DNA of 64,000 bases, from assembly GCA_043825875.1 (NCBI GenBank), contig JBDRRF010000103.1:64001-128000 (forward strand), given 5' to 3'. The notes beneath the pieces are model-generated. The model was given only the letters and a program-made list of their open reading frames with translations, was not told the origin of the DNA and did no database searches. Numbering within the stretch: position 1 is the first letter of the stretch; every line of letters begins with the position of its first letter. This document shows, piece by piece, positions 1-10,726 of the stretch. A program made the translations under genes and the position numbers. The stretch comes from Pseudomonadota bacterium (lineage in GTDB: Bacteria > Desulfobacterota > Desulfobacteria > Desulfobacterales > RPRI01).

Positions 1-547
1 ATGTCATAATCGTCGCCATGGGTTGAATGCCTTTGCCGGGGACGGACCATACATACTTTTGATTATCCAGGAGATCCCGATTCGGAAAACTTATGGAATC
101 AAGATCCTTAATCAATGGCTCCTGCGCCATTATCCCTCTGGCCGGAGATTTCAAAAATTTATTAAAAGCAACTTCGCCTTCACCTGGAATTACAGTGTCA
201 ACAAAGGGGCTGGATATGACGGATTCAGGCACTGCGGAACAATGTGGTCCACCTGCAACCGTCCAGATATATGCACTATGTTTTTTTACTATTTGGAACA
301 GATCAAAAGCCTGATTAACAAGAGGCGTCGTAAATGTCACACCGATAATGTCAGGCTTGAAGGATTTCAAGGTATCTAAGAGATTAGGGTTCAATTCAAG
401 ATCAATAATTTTCGTTTCGTGATCGCCCTCAATATTTGCAGCGAGTGAGGCAAGCCCCAAAGGAGGATATAGAACTCCGATTTTTGCCGCCGGAGAGAAA
501 TTTCCATAAACACCGGTAAAGGATGGATTAACCAACAAGATTTTCAT
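1..547 (-). CDS. Cobalamin-binding radical SAM protein, 5' part (runs off the window start)
   Basis: Not in the ORF track. Manual translation from ATG 547: MKILLVNPSF...LYPPLGLASLAA...PDIIGVT...VAGGPHCS...GEGE...LIKDLDSISFPNRDLL...MATIMT, a typical B12-binding N-terminus just before the SRGC motif. Confidence 0.85.
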   Translation of the reverse strand, partial: MKILLVNPSFTGVYGNFSPAAKIGVLYPPLGLASLAANIEGDHETKIIDLELNPNLLDTLKSFKPDIIGVTFTTPLVNQAFDLFQIVKKHSAYIWTVAGGPHCSAVPESVISSPFVDTVIPGEGEVAFNKFLKSPARGIMAQEPLIKDLDSISFPNRDLLDNQKYVWSVPGKGIQPMATIMT

Positions 548-562
548 TATATAAAATTTTCC

Positions 563-1117
563 TCATTTACTAGCAGTGGTTTTAAGGATAAAAAGTTGAT
601 TTAGGCCGATAAGAAACTTCTCGTATTTATCAATGCTAATGTCCGCTTGGGCAACGATACCATTCATACGACTAAGATTAATTAGTTTTTCATGTTGCTC
701 GTTGGCAAGAGAGCTGAATAATCCTATCTGCGTACCCAAGTAATGTATAATATCTGCCATCGGATGAGGCGTTGTGATGATAATCCAACCGTCCGGATTT
801 AACATAACACTCATACTCCTAAGCAAATCCACAGGGTTTTTTATATGCTCGATAACCGCAAGTAAAACAATACTATCAAATTGCTCGTCCTCAGGCATGA
901 TTGTCTCAAACCTGAATCGGGGATTTTTCATCCGTGCGATATTAATCGACGAAATATCGATATCCACACCTATGTAATTATTCGGCGTACAAATTTCAGC
1001 CAGAGACCCGGTACCGCAACCATAATCCAGAATTTTCCCCCGTAAATACGGCGAGACCCTTTTTATTCTCTGTGTGCGTAACCACGGAGATAACAAACCA
1101 ATCATCTGATCAGCCAT
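563..1117 (-). CDS. Class I SAM-dependent methyltransferase
   Basis: ILDYGCGTG motif I, GVDID, AVIEH, IIITTP. Confidence 0.9.
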   Translation of the reverse strand: MADQMIGLLSPWLRTQRIKRVSPYLRGKILDYGCGTGSLAEICTPNNYIGVDIDISSINIARMKNPRFRFETIMPEDEQFDSIVLLAVIEHIKNPVDLLRSMSVMLNPDGWIIITTPHPMADIIHYLGTQIGLFSSLANEQHEKLINLSRMNGIVAQADISIDKYEKFLIGLNQLFILKTTASK

Positions 1118-1140
1118 TGTTTAACATTTTTCTCCAATTG

Positions 1141-2130
1141 TTATTTTCGGACTTCATCTTTCTTAATACTTAGAAATAAATACCCAAGAAGGCCCACTAT
1201 AGAGGCACTGATAATAAGCATTGAATGCATGACAATGGCGCTCAGCACTGCACTGTTTTTATCGAGCCCGACAAACAGAAAACCAAGTACCCAGCCGGCA
1301 TCAAGAAGCCCGGTATTTCCCGGGGCATTTAAAGGAAGCATGGAGGCAAACAGAGCGAAAGATGAGCCCACAATAGTTGCTGTAATTGAACAGCGTATAT
1401 TTAAGCTGATCATGACTATCTGAAATATTAAAATGGATGATATACTGCAAAACAGTGTTGATACAATTAAATATGAATGAGTTCTGATATTCCCCATCTG
1501 AGTGGTACTATGCAGAAAATGACCGAGGAGGTGAAGAATTTTTTCTTTCACCGATATTAATAAATTTATTTTCCTTATTAGAAGAATCAAGATACGGATA
1601 AGCCTTGGCAAATTCCACAATAATAAAATTATTATTATAAAAATCAGCAGGGCAGCAGATATCAGCAAGGGTGAGCGCTTTAATACATGCCCGAAAAAGG
1701 AAGCCGCAAAAACGAAAATCATGGAAATCATGAGAAAATCGTAAATACGAATTGTGATCAATATTCCTGTAGCATGGCCAATTTCCATGTGAAAATGTTT
1801 TTTCGTCAAATACAGAAAAGACAACTCCCCTGATCGTGCAGGCAAAATATTGTTCCAGAAGCTATGAATTGCCACTATGCTTAATAATTTTAGGGGATTT
1901 ACATTTGAAAGCTCAGGGGTATTATGCAGACGAAATGACCGGAAACAGCAAAGCAGAATATAACCGATAGGTATACAGAGCAACTTTGGGAGATCTGCTT
2001 TTTTCATTATTTCATATGTTTTTGATAAATCGACACCCCTACACATCCACCAGATCAAAAAGAGAATAATCAGGGATGAGACTGCATATCTAATCCCGCG
2101 GCGGTATTCAACATATGTCTTTCCTGACAA
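1141..2130 (-). CDS. Lysylphosphatidylglycerol-synthase-like transmembrane (flippase-like, UPF0104) protein
   Basis: Multi-TM protein with NNILPARSGE, RIYD and LPLNAPGNTG motifs. Confidence 0.8.
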   Translation of the reverse strand: MSGKTYVEYRRGIRYAVSSLIILFLIWWMCRGVDLSKTYEIMKKADLPKLLCIPIGYILLCCFRSFRLHNTPELSNVNPLKLLSIVAIHSFWNNILPARSGELSFLYLTKKHFHMEIGHATGILITIRIYDFLMISMIFVFAASFFGHVLKRSPLLISAALLIFIIIILLLWNLPRLIRILILLIRKINLLISVKEKILHLLGHFLHSTTQMGNIRTHSYLIVSTLFCSISSILIFQIVMISLNIRCSITATIVGSSFALFASMLPLNAPGNTGLLDAGWVLGFLFVGLDKNSAVLSAIVMHSMLIISASIVGLLGYLFLSIKKDEVRK

Positions 2131-2297
2131 GTAAGAGATAAATTATTCCTTTTAACTTCCTGAGATAAATTAATACTTTTCTGAAAAAAAGAAGTATGAA
2201 TTCAATTCCTGTAATCGTTCACAGGAATAACCATTACGAATGAAATCGAAAGTATTGCCATGGAAAAATGATCCGAAGATCTTGAGGTATTTTCTAA

Positions 2298-3290
2298 TCA
2301 TCTGTCTTTCCTTGCGGAACTCCCTTTACGATATCCAATTTTTCTTAACCGATACTGGATATCTTCCATCAACTTTCTGTTTACGGAGAGAAGATCGGCC
2401 AGAAATGCTACCAGTATAGTCTGAAAACCAATCCCGATCAGTATAGAGGCCAAAATAAGAGATTGGACATGTGCCGCAATATCAGAACCTGTAATAAAGT
2501 GATAGATTAAATAGTATGCGTATCTAAGGCCTATTAACAGACCAATTGATAATGATACTAAACCAATGGTCATGAAAAAGCGAAAGGATTGATAAACCAC
2601 AAATATTCTAATGATAGTGAGAATTGAGCGTTTCAAATATACAGGAATGCTTTTTATCAGCCTTGAAGGCCGCAAATATTTATTGGTTCTGATAGGTACC
2701 GATGCCACGGTCATATTTTTCTGACCTGCTTGAATGATGGTTTCCAATGTATATGTGTATTCGTTAAAAACATTAAGATGCATCGCGGCATCTCTACTTA
2801 TGGCTCTAAATCCACTTGGGGCATCAGCGACATTCGTCTTGCTTACCAGCCTGACCACATAACTTCCAAACTTTTGAAGAATTCTTTTCAGCGCGGAAAA
2901 ATGCTCAACCTCATTTATAGGTCTAGCACCGATAACTATATCGGCTTCGCCGTCCAATATTGGTTTTACAAGTTTAGGAATATCTCCAGCATCATATTGA
3001 TTATCTGCATCTGTATTCACAATGACATCAGCACCGAGCTTTAGACATGTTTCCAAACCGGCCATGAAAGCGGTTGCTAATCCTTTGTTTCTTGACAGAT
3101 TAACGATATGATCCGCACCGGAATTTTTAGCTACTACTGCCGTATTATCTGTGCTACCATCATCAATAATCAGCCACTCAACCGATTCAAACCCTTCTAC
3201 CTCCCGGGGAAGCTCGCCGAGGGTTAGACCGATAGTTTCAGCCTCATTGTAACAAGGTATTTGAATAATTAACTTCAATGGCCCCTCCAC
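2298..3290 (-). CDS. Glycosyltransferase family 2 (DPM-synthase-like) with C-terminal TM helices
   Basis: IPCYNE, IDDGSTD, NKGLA, TDADNQY, DAPSGFR motifs. Confidence 0.92.
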   Translation of the reverse strand: MEGPLKLIIQIPCYNEAETIGLTLGELPREVEGFESVEWLIIDDGSTDNTAVVAKNSGADHIVNLSRNKGLATAFMAGLETCLKLGADVIVNTDADNQYDAGDIPKLVKPILDGEADIVIGARPINEVEHFSALKRILQKFGSYVVRLVSKTNVADAPSGFRAISRDAAMHLNVFNEYTYTLETIIQAGQKNMTVASVPIRTNKYLRPSRLIKSIPVYLKRSILTIIRIFVVYQSFRFFMTIGLVSLSIGLLIGLRYAYYLIYHFITGSDIAAHVQSLILASILIGIGFQTILVAFLADLLSVNRKLMEDIQYRLRKIGYRKGSSARKDR

Positions 3291-3310
3291 TTAACAGATA
3301 ATTGGCACAC

Positions 3311-4918
3311 TTAGCACTTATCCTGAGTTACATCGGTAAACCGATTTCGAATCAGCTGCACCAGGAACTTAACATCTTTGCTTTTCAAGTCCAATATCTC
3401 CGGTTTAAAGTACACTGACACAATAACTATCATCGTATATATGATGCCAGATAAAATAAAATCATATAATCCTCCATCTGCAAATAAATAATTGGCAACA
3501 AGCGCTGACATTGCAGCAAGCCCCGTAAAAAAAAACAGACAACCAATCTGGTGCACCAGATAATGCAAGTAGCTAAGATGGAGCAATTTGGTGTTAAAGT
3601 ATAATTGGACATTGACAGCTATGATATTTATTATTACCATTTTTATTGCCAATCCAGTGGCCCCTGCATTTAAACCAAACTTATCAAAAGGTGCAATCAT
3701 GAAATAAGTAAGAGGAAGGCTCACCAGAGAAAAGATTACAGTAATGTTCCTATATAGTTTTGTTCTCCCGGTGGCGTAAAACAGCGAACCTGTCAACTGT
3801 CCATATGTCTGGTGAACAGGATATAGCGACATGATAGCAACAGCCATGATACTTCCCTGAAAAGCGCTTCCCCCAATAATTCTCACAACATTTTGCGCTT
3901 GCACCATTAAAAAGCATGAAAAATAGGCGGCTATGGCATACAATATAGGGACATAACGTTTAAAAAGCCGCCCCATTTCATTCAGGTTGTTAGTACCATG
4001 AAGGATTGAATATTCTCTCATCAACAGTGGTGTCATGGCACCGGTAAAAAGAAAACAGATGGTTCCTATCTGATATGATAGACTGTAAAAACCCTGCTGT
4101 ATACTTCCGCCGAAGTATTGCAACAACCATCTGTCAAATATCCCCCCTACCAATCCAAATAGGGCAATAATAAAGAGTGGATGGCTATAATTAAAAAATA
4201 CCTTTAGGTATTTTTTTGCACTATCCCACGATAACCTCAGATTCTTTTTGGCTAAATGAACATTACTGCCGATTACTCCTATCAAAACAATTATTAGAAA
4301 AAGAAGTATAAAATAATTGTAGAAGAAAATTTGGGGCAGATAAATCTGGTTGTATAAATAAAGTAAAACAATAAACACAAGACCTGAAATCCGCTGAAGC
4401 ATTCGTACTTTTTCTGCAGGTACGGTTAATCCATAGGCATCAGCCATCGTCCCCAATATCTGCGCAAACCAACTGAGAAGTCCCCAACCCGCAGCCAGAT
4501 AAATATAAACCAAATTCTGCCCTATCCAGATTGTTTCATGTATACCCGAGAAATGAACTAACAGTACAAACCCAATAACGAAAAAAGAAACAAAAGCGAT
4601 AAAGTACAAATAAAACAAGATTAACGAGTGTTCTTCAGGATTGCGCGAAATATTCGTATAGAAACATGTTGATGTTCCCATATCAAGAAAACCGACAACC
4701 TGGGTAAAAAAATTAGTAAGAAAATTAAAATCTCCATACGCCTTGGGACCCAATCCCCGCGGAATGATCAGCTGGGTGATAACACTGATTATTAGGCCAA
4801 GAAAATTGGAGGAGAGTTTAAAAAAATATCTCTTATTAAGTGAATCTTTATTTCCGAGGTTCGGATGAATATCGGGATTATCGAAATTTCTGTTTTCGCC
4901 TTTACCGATAATTGTCAT
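3311..4918 (-). CDS. wzx: Oligosaccharide flippase (Wzx, MOP family)
   Basis: Many TM helices, IIPRGLGPKAYG, DRWLLQ..G....GFYS; polysaccharide operon context. Confidence 0.85.
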   Translation of the reverse strand: MTIIGKGENRNFDNPDIHPNLGNKDSLNKRYFFKLSSNFLGLIISVITQLIIPRGLGPKAYGDFNFLTNFFTQVVGFLDMGTSTCFYTNISRNPEEHSLILFYLYFIAFVSFFVIGFVLLVHFSGIHETIWIGQNLVYIYLAAGWGLLSWFAQILGTMADAYGLTVPAEKVRMLQRISGLVFIVLLYLYNQIYLPQIFFYNYFILLFLIIVLIGVIGSNVHLAKKNLRLSWDSAKKYLKVFFNYSHPLFIIALFGLVGGIFDRWLLQYFGGSIQQGFYSLSYQIGTICFLFTGAMTPLLMREYSILHGTNNLNEMGRLFKRYVPILYAIAAYFSCFLMVQAQNVVRIIGGSAFQGSIMAVAIMSLYPVHQTYGQLTGSLFYATGRTKLYRNITVIFSLVSLPLTYFMIAPFDKFGLNAGATGLAIKMVIINIIAVNVQLYFNTKLLHLSYLHYLVHQIGCLFFFTGLAAMSALVANYLFADGGLYDFILSGIIYTMIVIVSVYFKPEILDLKSKDVKFLVQLIRNRFTDVTQDKC

Positions 4919-6117
4919 TAAACCTTTTTTATTCTGTTGGCTAATATTTGCCAGGAATATAAATCTTCAGTGCCTTCTTTTTTAATGTAGTGGTTTTTAT
5001 AGGCACAATATTTGTTTTCGTCCACATATAATTCGTTTTGCAGATCAAACTTGATGGGATAATCCAGATTATGCACCTTTTTACCAAAGAATTCAGCCAT
5101 CCACTCTGGCGTTGGATCTTCTACCCAGTATTCGCTATATTTATCCGTTGTCACAATAATCACGGGTTTTTTATACAGAATGGCAAAATTGATAGCCGTA
5201 CTCGTATGCATGATTACAAAACCGGATGTTCTCACCAACTCCGATGTCTTGCCACGTATCACAGGCCTACCGCCAAAATAGTCGGGAAGATCTTCATAGC
5301 GAGAACGGGGATGCGCGGCAATGGTTATTTTGAACCCGTTCTTACTTTCAAGATAATCGAAGAATTTGCAAAGCTTCGGATAATATTCATCCGGACTTAC
5401 CGGTGAACTGTGCCCGGTGTAAGCATAATCGGGATGAAAAGGCTTAAATTCGTCAATAAAAATCCCTCTCTTTGCATCAACTGGTTCCGGCATATCTGCT
5501 TCCTTTAAATAAATATCATAATCGAGATAATGCGCCCATACAATCTCTGACTGAGCCGTTACAACCAACCCCGATGTCCCATTATATTTGTCACCCCCGA
5601 TGACCAACAAAAAATCGGCAGGCTTTACATTTAACAAACCATAAGGAAGAGAATATAATATTTTAGTCAGTACACCATTCCAGGTCACTAGTTTAAACTT
5701 CAAAGAGAACCTCTTGGAAAGCTTTAAGCCCGAACGATCAACTGTCGGCAGTGCCATTGTAACAACACAGCGTTTAATTTTTTTTTTCAAAATCATTCTA
5801 AAAATGCGAAGCGTCTTTGGAGTATATCGAATTAACGATATGATAAAGCAGGTATAGTCCAATCCCTTAATTGCGGTGATCGCTTCTTTTTTGGTGTGGA
5901 ATAAGCGCCAGTTGTCACAATTAAAGGCCGGTGGCTTAACTAAAATTTTAAATTCATCTGTAGCAATGAAAGGGGTAAAGTCCCATATTTCAACATCAAA
6001 CCCATTATCTTCAAATATATTAATGCCGAATCGTTTATAATCCCGCATATTAAAATAAGATTCAATAAAAAAGATTATTCTCTTAATGCCTGAAGATTTA
6101 CTAGTCAACAACGCCAT
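4918..6117 (-). CDS. Hypothetical protein, possible nonulosonic-acid transferase (GT-B-like)
   Basis: AAHPR and HTSTAINFAILYKKP motifs resemble sialyltransferase/CDP-glycerol-transferase C-terminal domains; follows CMP-Leg synthesis genes. Confidence 0.45.
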   Translation of the reverse strand: MALLTSKSSGIKRIIFFIESYFNMRDYKRFGINIFEDNGFDVEIWDFTPFIATDEFKILVKPPAFNCDNWRLFHTKKEAITAIKGLDYTCFIISLIRYTPKTLRIFRMILKKKIKRCVVTMALPTVDRSGLKLSKRFSLKFKLVTWNGVLTKILYSLPYGLLNVKPADFLLVIGGDKYNGTSGLVVTAQSEIVWAHYLDYDIYLKEADMPEPVDAKRGIFIDEFKPFHPDYAYTGHSSPVSPDEYYPKLCKFFDYLESKNGFKITIAAHPRSRYEDLPDYFGGRPVIRGKTSELVRTSGFVIMHTSTAINFAILYKKPVIIVTTDKYSEYWVEDPTPEWMAEFFGKKVHNLDYPIKFDLQNELYVDENKYCAYKNHYIKKEGTEDLYSWQILANRIKKV

Positions 6118-6309
6118 CCTTGTTTATGGTATGTCTGTTTTTCCACTGACCATCGACTTTTGCCAGGGAATAGGGAAAATTATTCTGATCACAGAGGATA
6201 AGCAAAAGTCTCATTTTAATTCCTAATAAAATCTATCCAGGGTCACTATCAAAGATGATTTCAAAATAAGATAAAGCATCTATCTGAATGACCTTTTGCA
6301 TGGATAAAA

Positions 6310-7698
6310 CTAACTATGCCGGAAACCCCGAAATGAAGCATCATTCTCCAAATAGAGTTTACGGGAAGCATCTTCGGTTTTCTTTATTTGCTCCGAGTAA
6401 TAATTATTAATTAATATAGAATTGGCTTCATATAAATTTTTATGAAACTCCGTATCGCTCAAGTTTGTAAAGTTGACTGATAGCAAATCGGAGTTCAAGT
6501 GTTTGTTTTCATAAAAATCTTCGCAATTTCTTAATAATCCAGTTTTAATAGCATGATAGTATAACGGGCACCCAGGATATGGAGTTACTGGCCGAATAGT
6601 TCTTAGCTGTGAATGATCACTATATTTTAGTAAAAAATCCACTCCAAGCTTTAAAGTTTTTTCATCATCGCCTATGTGACCAAAAATAATATTTAATCCG
6701 GGACTAATACCTGTGGCAATCGTATTTTCTATTCCAACTGTTATTTGCCGTGTAGTCAGATTTTTTTTCATTTTTCTCAACACATCCTGGTCCATTGACT
6801 CAATCCCGTAATTAATAAAAACGCATCCTGCAGCTTTCATTACTTTTAATACTTCGGGAACAGCATAGTTGAGTCTTCCATTGCAGTCCCAATTAATATC
6901 CAGATTTGCTTTTATAAAAGCTTCACAAAGTTCAACCGTTCTTTTTTTTGAACTCATAAGCAATTCATCAGAAAATGCAATATAAGATATTGCATTTTCT
7001 TTCTTTAGGATTTGAATTTCCTCAATTATGCTTTCCGCCGAACGAGGTCTGAATCCCTTATCCATTCTGTAACAGAAATTGCAGTGGAATGTACAACCTC
7101 TTCCAGATAATACCGGTATACATCGTTGACTATTTTTAATATTCGGCATCCGGAGCAAAGCATAATGATCCATCGGGAATAAATCCCAAGCAGGAAAAGG
7201 TATCCCGTTAATATCATCAATCAAAGCTCTGCGGTCAGTTTGAACAAATTTGCCGTCATCCAAATAAGCAATGCCGTTTATCGAAGCTAATGATTTTTTA
7301 CCATCTAATTGTTTTAAGAGTTCTAAAATTGTAACTTCACCTTCACCTATAACGACTGCATCGGCTTTTGTTTTTTTTAAAAAATATTCCGGCTCAGGAG
7401 CAACCAGATGACCTCCTAAAACATAAAAAGGACGATTCTTCGCAAGATTTATTGCATCGGATATTTTCAATATTTTTCTATATTGGTAATAGCCGCCACA
7501 GGCACTCACGCCAATCACATCAAATTTATTTTGATTAATGTAAGCAAGAAGATGCGATTCCGGCCAATGGTATACATCCTGATTGTAAATTGTAACATTA
7601 TGCCCTGCCTTTCTGCATACAGAAGCGAGATAGGCAATACCTTGAGGAAACCACGAGATAAAAGAATCGTTATCGTAAACAACAAAAAGAATTTTCAT
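6310..7698 (-). CDS. Cobalamin-binding radical SAM enzyme (class B methyltransferase-like)
   Basis: B12-binding N-terminus (GGH, GEGE), SGRGCTFHCNFC (CxxxCxxC), GIES. Confidence 0.92.
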   Translation of the reverse strand: MKILFVVYDNDSFISWFPQGIAYLASVCRKAGHNVTIYNQDVYHWPESHLLAYINQNKFDVIGVSACGGYYQYRKILKISDAINLAKNRPFYVLGGHLVAPEPEYFLKKTKADAVVIGEGEVTILELLKQLDGKKSLASINGIAYLDDGKFVQTDRRALIDDINGIPFPAWDLFPMDHYALLRMPNIKNSQRCIPVLSGRGCTFHCNFCYRMDKGFRPRSAESIIEEIQILKKENAISYIAFSDELLMSSKKRTVELCEAFIKANLDINWDCNGRLNYAVPEVLKVMKAAGCVFINYGIESMDQDVLRKMKKNLTTRQITVGIENTIATGISPGLNIIFGHIGDDEKTLKLGVDFLLKYSDHSQLRTIRPVTPYPGCPLYYHAIKTGLLRNCEDFYENKHLNSDLLSVNFTNLSDTEFHKNLYEANSILINNYYSEQIKKTEDASRKLYLENDASFRGFRHS

Positions 7699-7850
7699 AG
7701 ATCACTCATCGATTAATAATTTTTTGATAGGCAGCTTATTGCTATTTCAAAGCGATATCGGCTACCGTTTATAATGTTTGTTGTTTTCTGCTCAAGCTTT
7801 TCTGTTTATTAGGATAGTAAATCTGTATTGACATCTAATATGGAAATGAA

Positions 7851-9077
7851 TCATAGTTGCTCTTCGCGCCACACAACATGACGCAATTTCCATTCTCCGT
7901 TTTCTTCTTTCCATAGATGAGGCGACCGAAACTGATCACAGAGTTCCATAAAGTGATCCGGTTTCATCTCAATATATTCCATGACTTCTTGAAAATACTT
8001 TTCGGGAAATTCACCATCAAACCGCTTTACTAAAGAAACTCCTTCTTCACGGGTCAGGTGCCTGTTTCTGATTTCCTGTGATGCGTCATAGGATGATCGA
8101 CCCAGCCCAAATTTAATAAATGCCGTATAGTAATGAAGATCATCAATCTTATCATCGATACTGTTGTATTTACTATATGTCCCTTGAGTCCTAAACGGTC
8201 TGGCTTCAAACCCCGTGTTTTCCACCGCATAATAATAAACTTCCTGAGGAGTCCATTTTAAGTAGTAACCAAGATAATGTACCTCAATATTGGATTTTTC
8301 TACTTCTTCGTATGGTGCCGGCAAGTAAGCCATCAAGTCAACCAAATCAACTCCATACTTTTCTATTAATTCTTTTATAGTAACACCACCAAGATATATG
8401 CCATCTATTTTTTTCATGCTATAATATGATTTATCACGAAGCGAAGTCGTGTTGTCTGCAATCGGATTCCCATACTCTGCTTCATTTTCACCATAGAAAA
8501 TCAGCGGAATCTTATATTTTAATGCGATTTTTGGCCCAAAATTTTTCTGCCCCAATATGAAAGTCTGAAATGGATGTAAAAGATTTTCAATAGACAATCT
8601 GGTTAACAGTTTCATAACCCGACCGTTTTGATTAAAACTAATATTATCAAACCCACCAATTTCCAACCATCTTCTGAAATTTTTATATCCGTAATCTGTA
8701 TAAATAATTGGCGCCCAGGTTATAGTTAATGGATGCATACCATATTTATATTTTAAAATGTGTGATTGAAAAGCGCTATCCTTGCCACCGCTTCCGGGGA
8801 CAATGCAATCATAGTAACCGTCGTTGCTACGGTGTTTATCTAATAATCGCAGAAGTTCTTCTTCTCTTTTTTTCCAATCAATCTTTTCTTTTTCCTCGGC
8901 ATGCTTGCAGGCATCGCAAATACCATCTTCCCCTATATTTAAAGTTGCTTTTTTACTATCAATAGTATGTTTAAATTCAACTGCCGAACCTGGTCTTTGA
9001 TTGGACATCACGCAACGTTTACAAAAAACAACTTTATCAGGAAGTCCATATTTCGTTTCTAATATTTTTCCTGTCAT
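7851..9077 (-). CDS. N-acetyl sugar amidotransferase (WbuX/PseA/PtmG family)
   Basis: CKRCVMSNQRP, PP-loop SGGKDS, KYNSIDDKIDD, KFGLGR. Confidence 0.9.
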   Translation of the reverse strand: MTGKILETKYGLPDKVVFCKRCVMSNQRPGSAVEFKHTIDSKKATLNIGEDGICDACKHAEEKEKIDWKKREEELLRLLDKHRSNDGYYDCIVPGSGGKDSAFQSHILKYKYGMHPLTITWAPIIYTDYGYKNFRRWLEIGGFDNISFNQNGRVMKLLTRLSIENLLHPFQTFILGQKNFGPKIALKYKIPLIFYGENEAEYGNPIADNTTSLRDKSYYSMKKIDGIYLGGVTIKELIEKYGVDLVDLMAYLPAPYEEVEKSNIEVHYLGYYLKWTPQEVYYYAVENTGFEARPFRTQGTYSKYNSIDDKIDDLHYYTAFIKFGLGRSSYDASQEIRNRHLTREEGVSLVKRFDGEFPEKYFQEVMEYIEMKPDHFMELCDQFRSPHLWKEENGEWKLRHVVWREEQL

Positions 9078-9743
9078 CTAATTCTCCACAAAATTATTAA
9101 TTTGATTCGCCCAATATCGATATATTTTTATGCCTTCTTCAGCACTTTTTTCGGGATGAAACTGTACAGCAAATATATTTCCTTTAATTACAGATGAACA
9201 ATATCGAATTCCCCCATAATCAGTTGTTGAAAGAATATTGTCGGATATGGAAGGATTTGCATAATAAGAATGCACAAAATACATGAACTCTCCATTAGCA
9301 ATTTTTTCTAATGGAGTACCTGACCACTTATATACATCTGATAAAGGATAAAATATTCGATTCCATCCAATTTGCGGAATTTTCATTCTTTCCCCATTTC
9401 TATTTGCTTCCGGAAATTTTACAACTTCTCCTTCAATAAGATTCAGCCCTTTATGTTCTCCAAATTCGTTACTACCAGAAAAAAGAATTTGCATTCCAAG
9501 GCAGACACCAAGAAATGGCCGGCCTGTTGCCGTAAAGTCCAATATTGGCTGAACTAAATCCAATCTATGCAGGTTTTTCATGGCGGCACCAAAAGCACCG
9601 ACCCCTGGCAAAATTAAAGCATCGGCATTTATAATATCGGCTGCTTTGTTTACTATCGCTGGTTTTAATCCAACGGTTTTGCAAGCATGCTCAACACTGA
9701 ACAAATTACCTGCTTCGTAATCTACTATAACAACTCTTGGCAT
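9078..9743 (-). CDS. HisH-like glutamine amidotransferase (WbuY-like paralogue)
   Basis: LPGVGAF, GVCLGMQ, QFHPEKS. ATG 9743 preferred; TTG 9758 possible. Confidence 0.9.
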   Translation of the reverse strand: MPRVVIVDYEAGNLFSVEHACKTVGLKPAIVNKAADIINADALILPGVGAFGAAMKNLHRLDLVQPILDFTATGRPFLGVCLGMQILFSGSNEFGEHKGLNLIEGEVVKFPEANRNGERMKIPQIGWNRIFYPLSDVYKWSGTPLEKIANGEFMYFVHSYYANPSISDNILSTTDYGGIRYCSSVIKGNIFAVQFHPEKSAEEGIKIYRYWANQINNFVEN

Positions 9744-9750
9744 TTCTTTT

Positions 9751-10626
9751 TCAGGCAATATCCTGACCTTTCTTCAAATTATACCGGCAGGGAATACTTT
9801 TACTGTACAAATATTCTTTAATTTCCGGTATAGTCTTCATGTCAATTTTGGAAAAACCTCGTCTGCTTTTCAAAAACTCAACATTACCTTCTTTTTTATA
9901 GTCATCGATCATCTCTGTATTATCAATGACCTGATAATGAAGCATGGATGCAATGGCAACGGCATCTGCCTTCCCTTTTTCAAGAACCATACTAATATCT
10001 TCCAATCGTCCGCCTCCACCATGAGCAATAACAGGAATAGAAACAGCTTCAGCAACCATCTTCGTTAATCCTATATCATATCCTTGTCCCGTACCTTCCT
10101 GATTGACAGAAGTAATTACAATTTCACCAGCTCCTAGCTCCTCTACTTGTCTTGCCCAACTCAATACCTCAATACCGGTAAATTCTCTTCCATTATCGGT
10201 ATAGGCAAAATAACGCCCATTTTGTTGCTTTATAGCTTCAATCGTTACAACTATAGTGGAAGATCCAAATTCTCTGGATGCTTCTTTTATGATCCCAGGC
10301 CTTTTGATTGCTGCCGTATTTAACGAAACCTTATCAGCGCCCGCCCTAAGTATTTCACGGATATCAGCGATTGTCCGAATCCCCCCAGCTACACTAAGGG
10401 GAATAAAAATTTCTCTTGCCGTTTTCGAGATAATATCCTGTAAGCTATTGCGATTATAAAGACTGGCAACAATATCCACAAACTGCATTTCATCCGCGCC
10501 ATTCTCATAATAATACCGGGCAAATTTTTCAGGCTTACCAAGCACTCTCAAACCCTCCAGGTGGATACCTTTAACCAGATTCGGTCCTTTTATATCAAGA
10601 CGTGCAATAATTCGCTTGTTTAGCAT
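9751..10626 (-). CDS. HisF-like cyclase subunit (WbuZ-like paralogue)
   Basis: RIIARLDIKGPNLVKG, GGIR, GADKV.LNTAA. Confidence 0.9.
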   Translation of the reverse strand: MLNKRIIARLDIKGPNLVKGIHLEGLRVLGKPEKFARYYYENGADEMQFVDIVASLYNRNSLQDIISKTAREIFIPLSVAGGIRTIADIREILRAGADKVSLNTAAIKRPGIIKEASREFGSSTIVVTIEAIKQQNGRYFAYTDNGREFTGIEVLSWARQVEELGAGEIVITSVNQEGTGQGYDIGLTKMVAEAVSIPVIAHGGGGRLEDISMVLEKGKADAVAIASMLHYQVIDNTEMIDDYKKEGNVEFLKSRRGFSKIDMKTIPEIKEYLYSKSIPCRYNLKKGQDIA

Positions 10627-10726
10627 ACTCAGCTTTCTTATATAAAATTATCTGCGATATTTTAATCCGATTTTTACCTTGTCCTGAATTGCACCTATAG
10701 AGGAGCAAACCTGACAGCTTTTATAA

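Noticed and set aside
9078..10626. hisH/hisF as histidine biosynthesis genes
   Set aside because: Embedded in a glycan operon beside a WbuX-like amidotransferase with no other his genes; better read as ammonia-supplying paralogues
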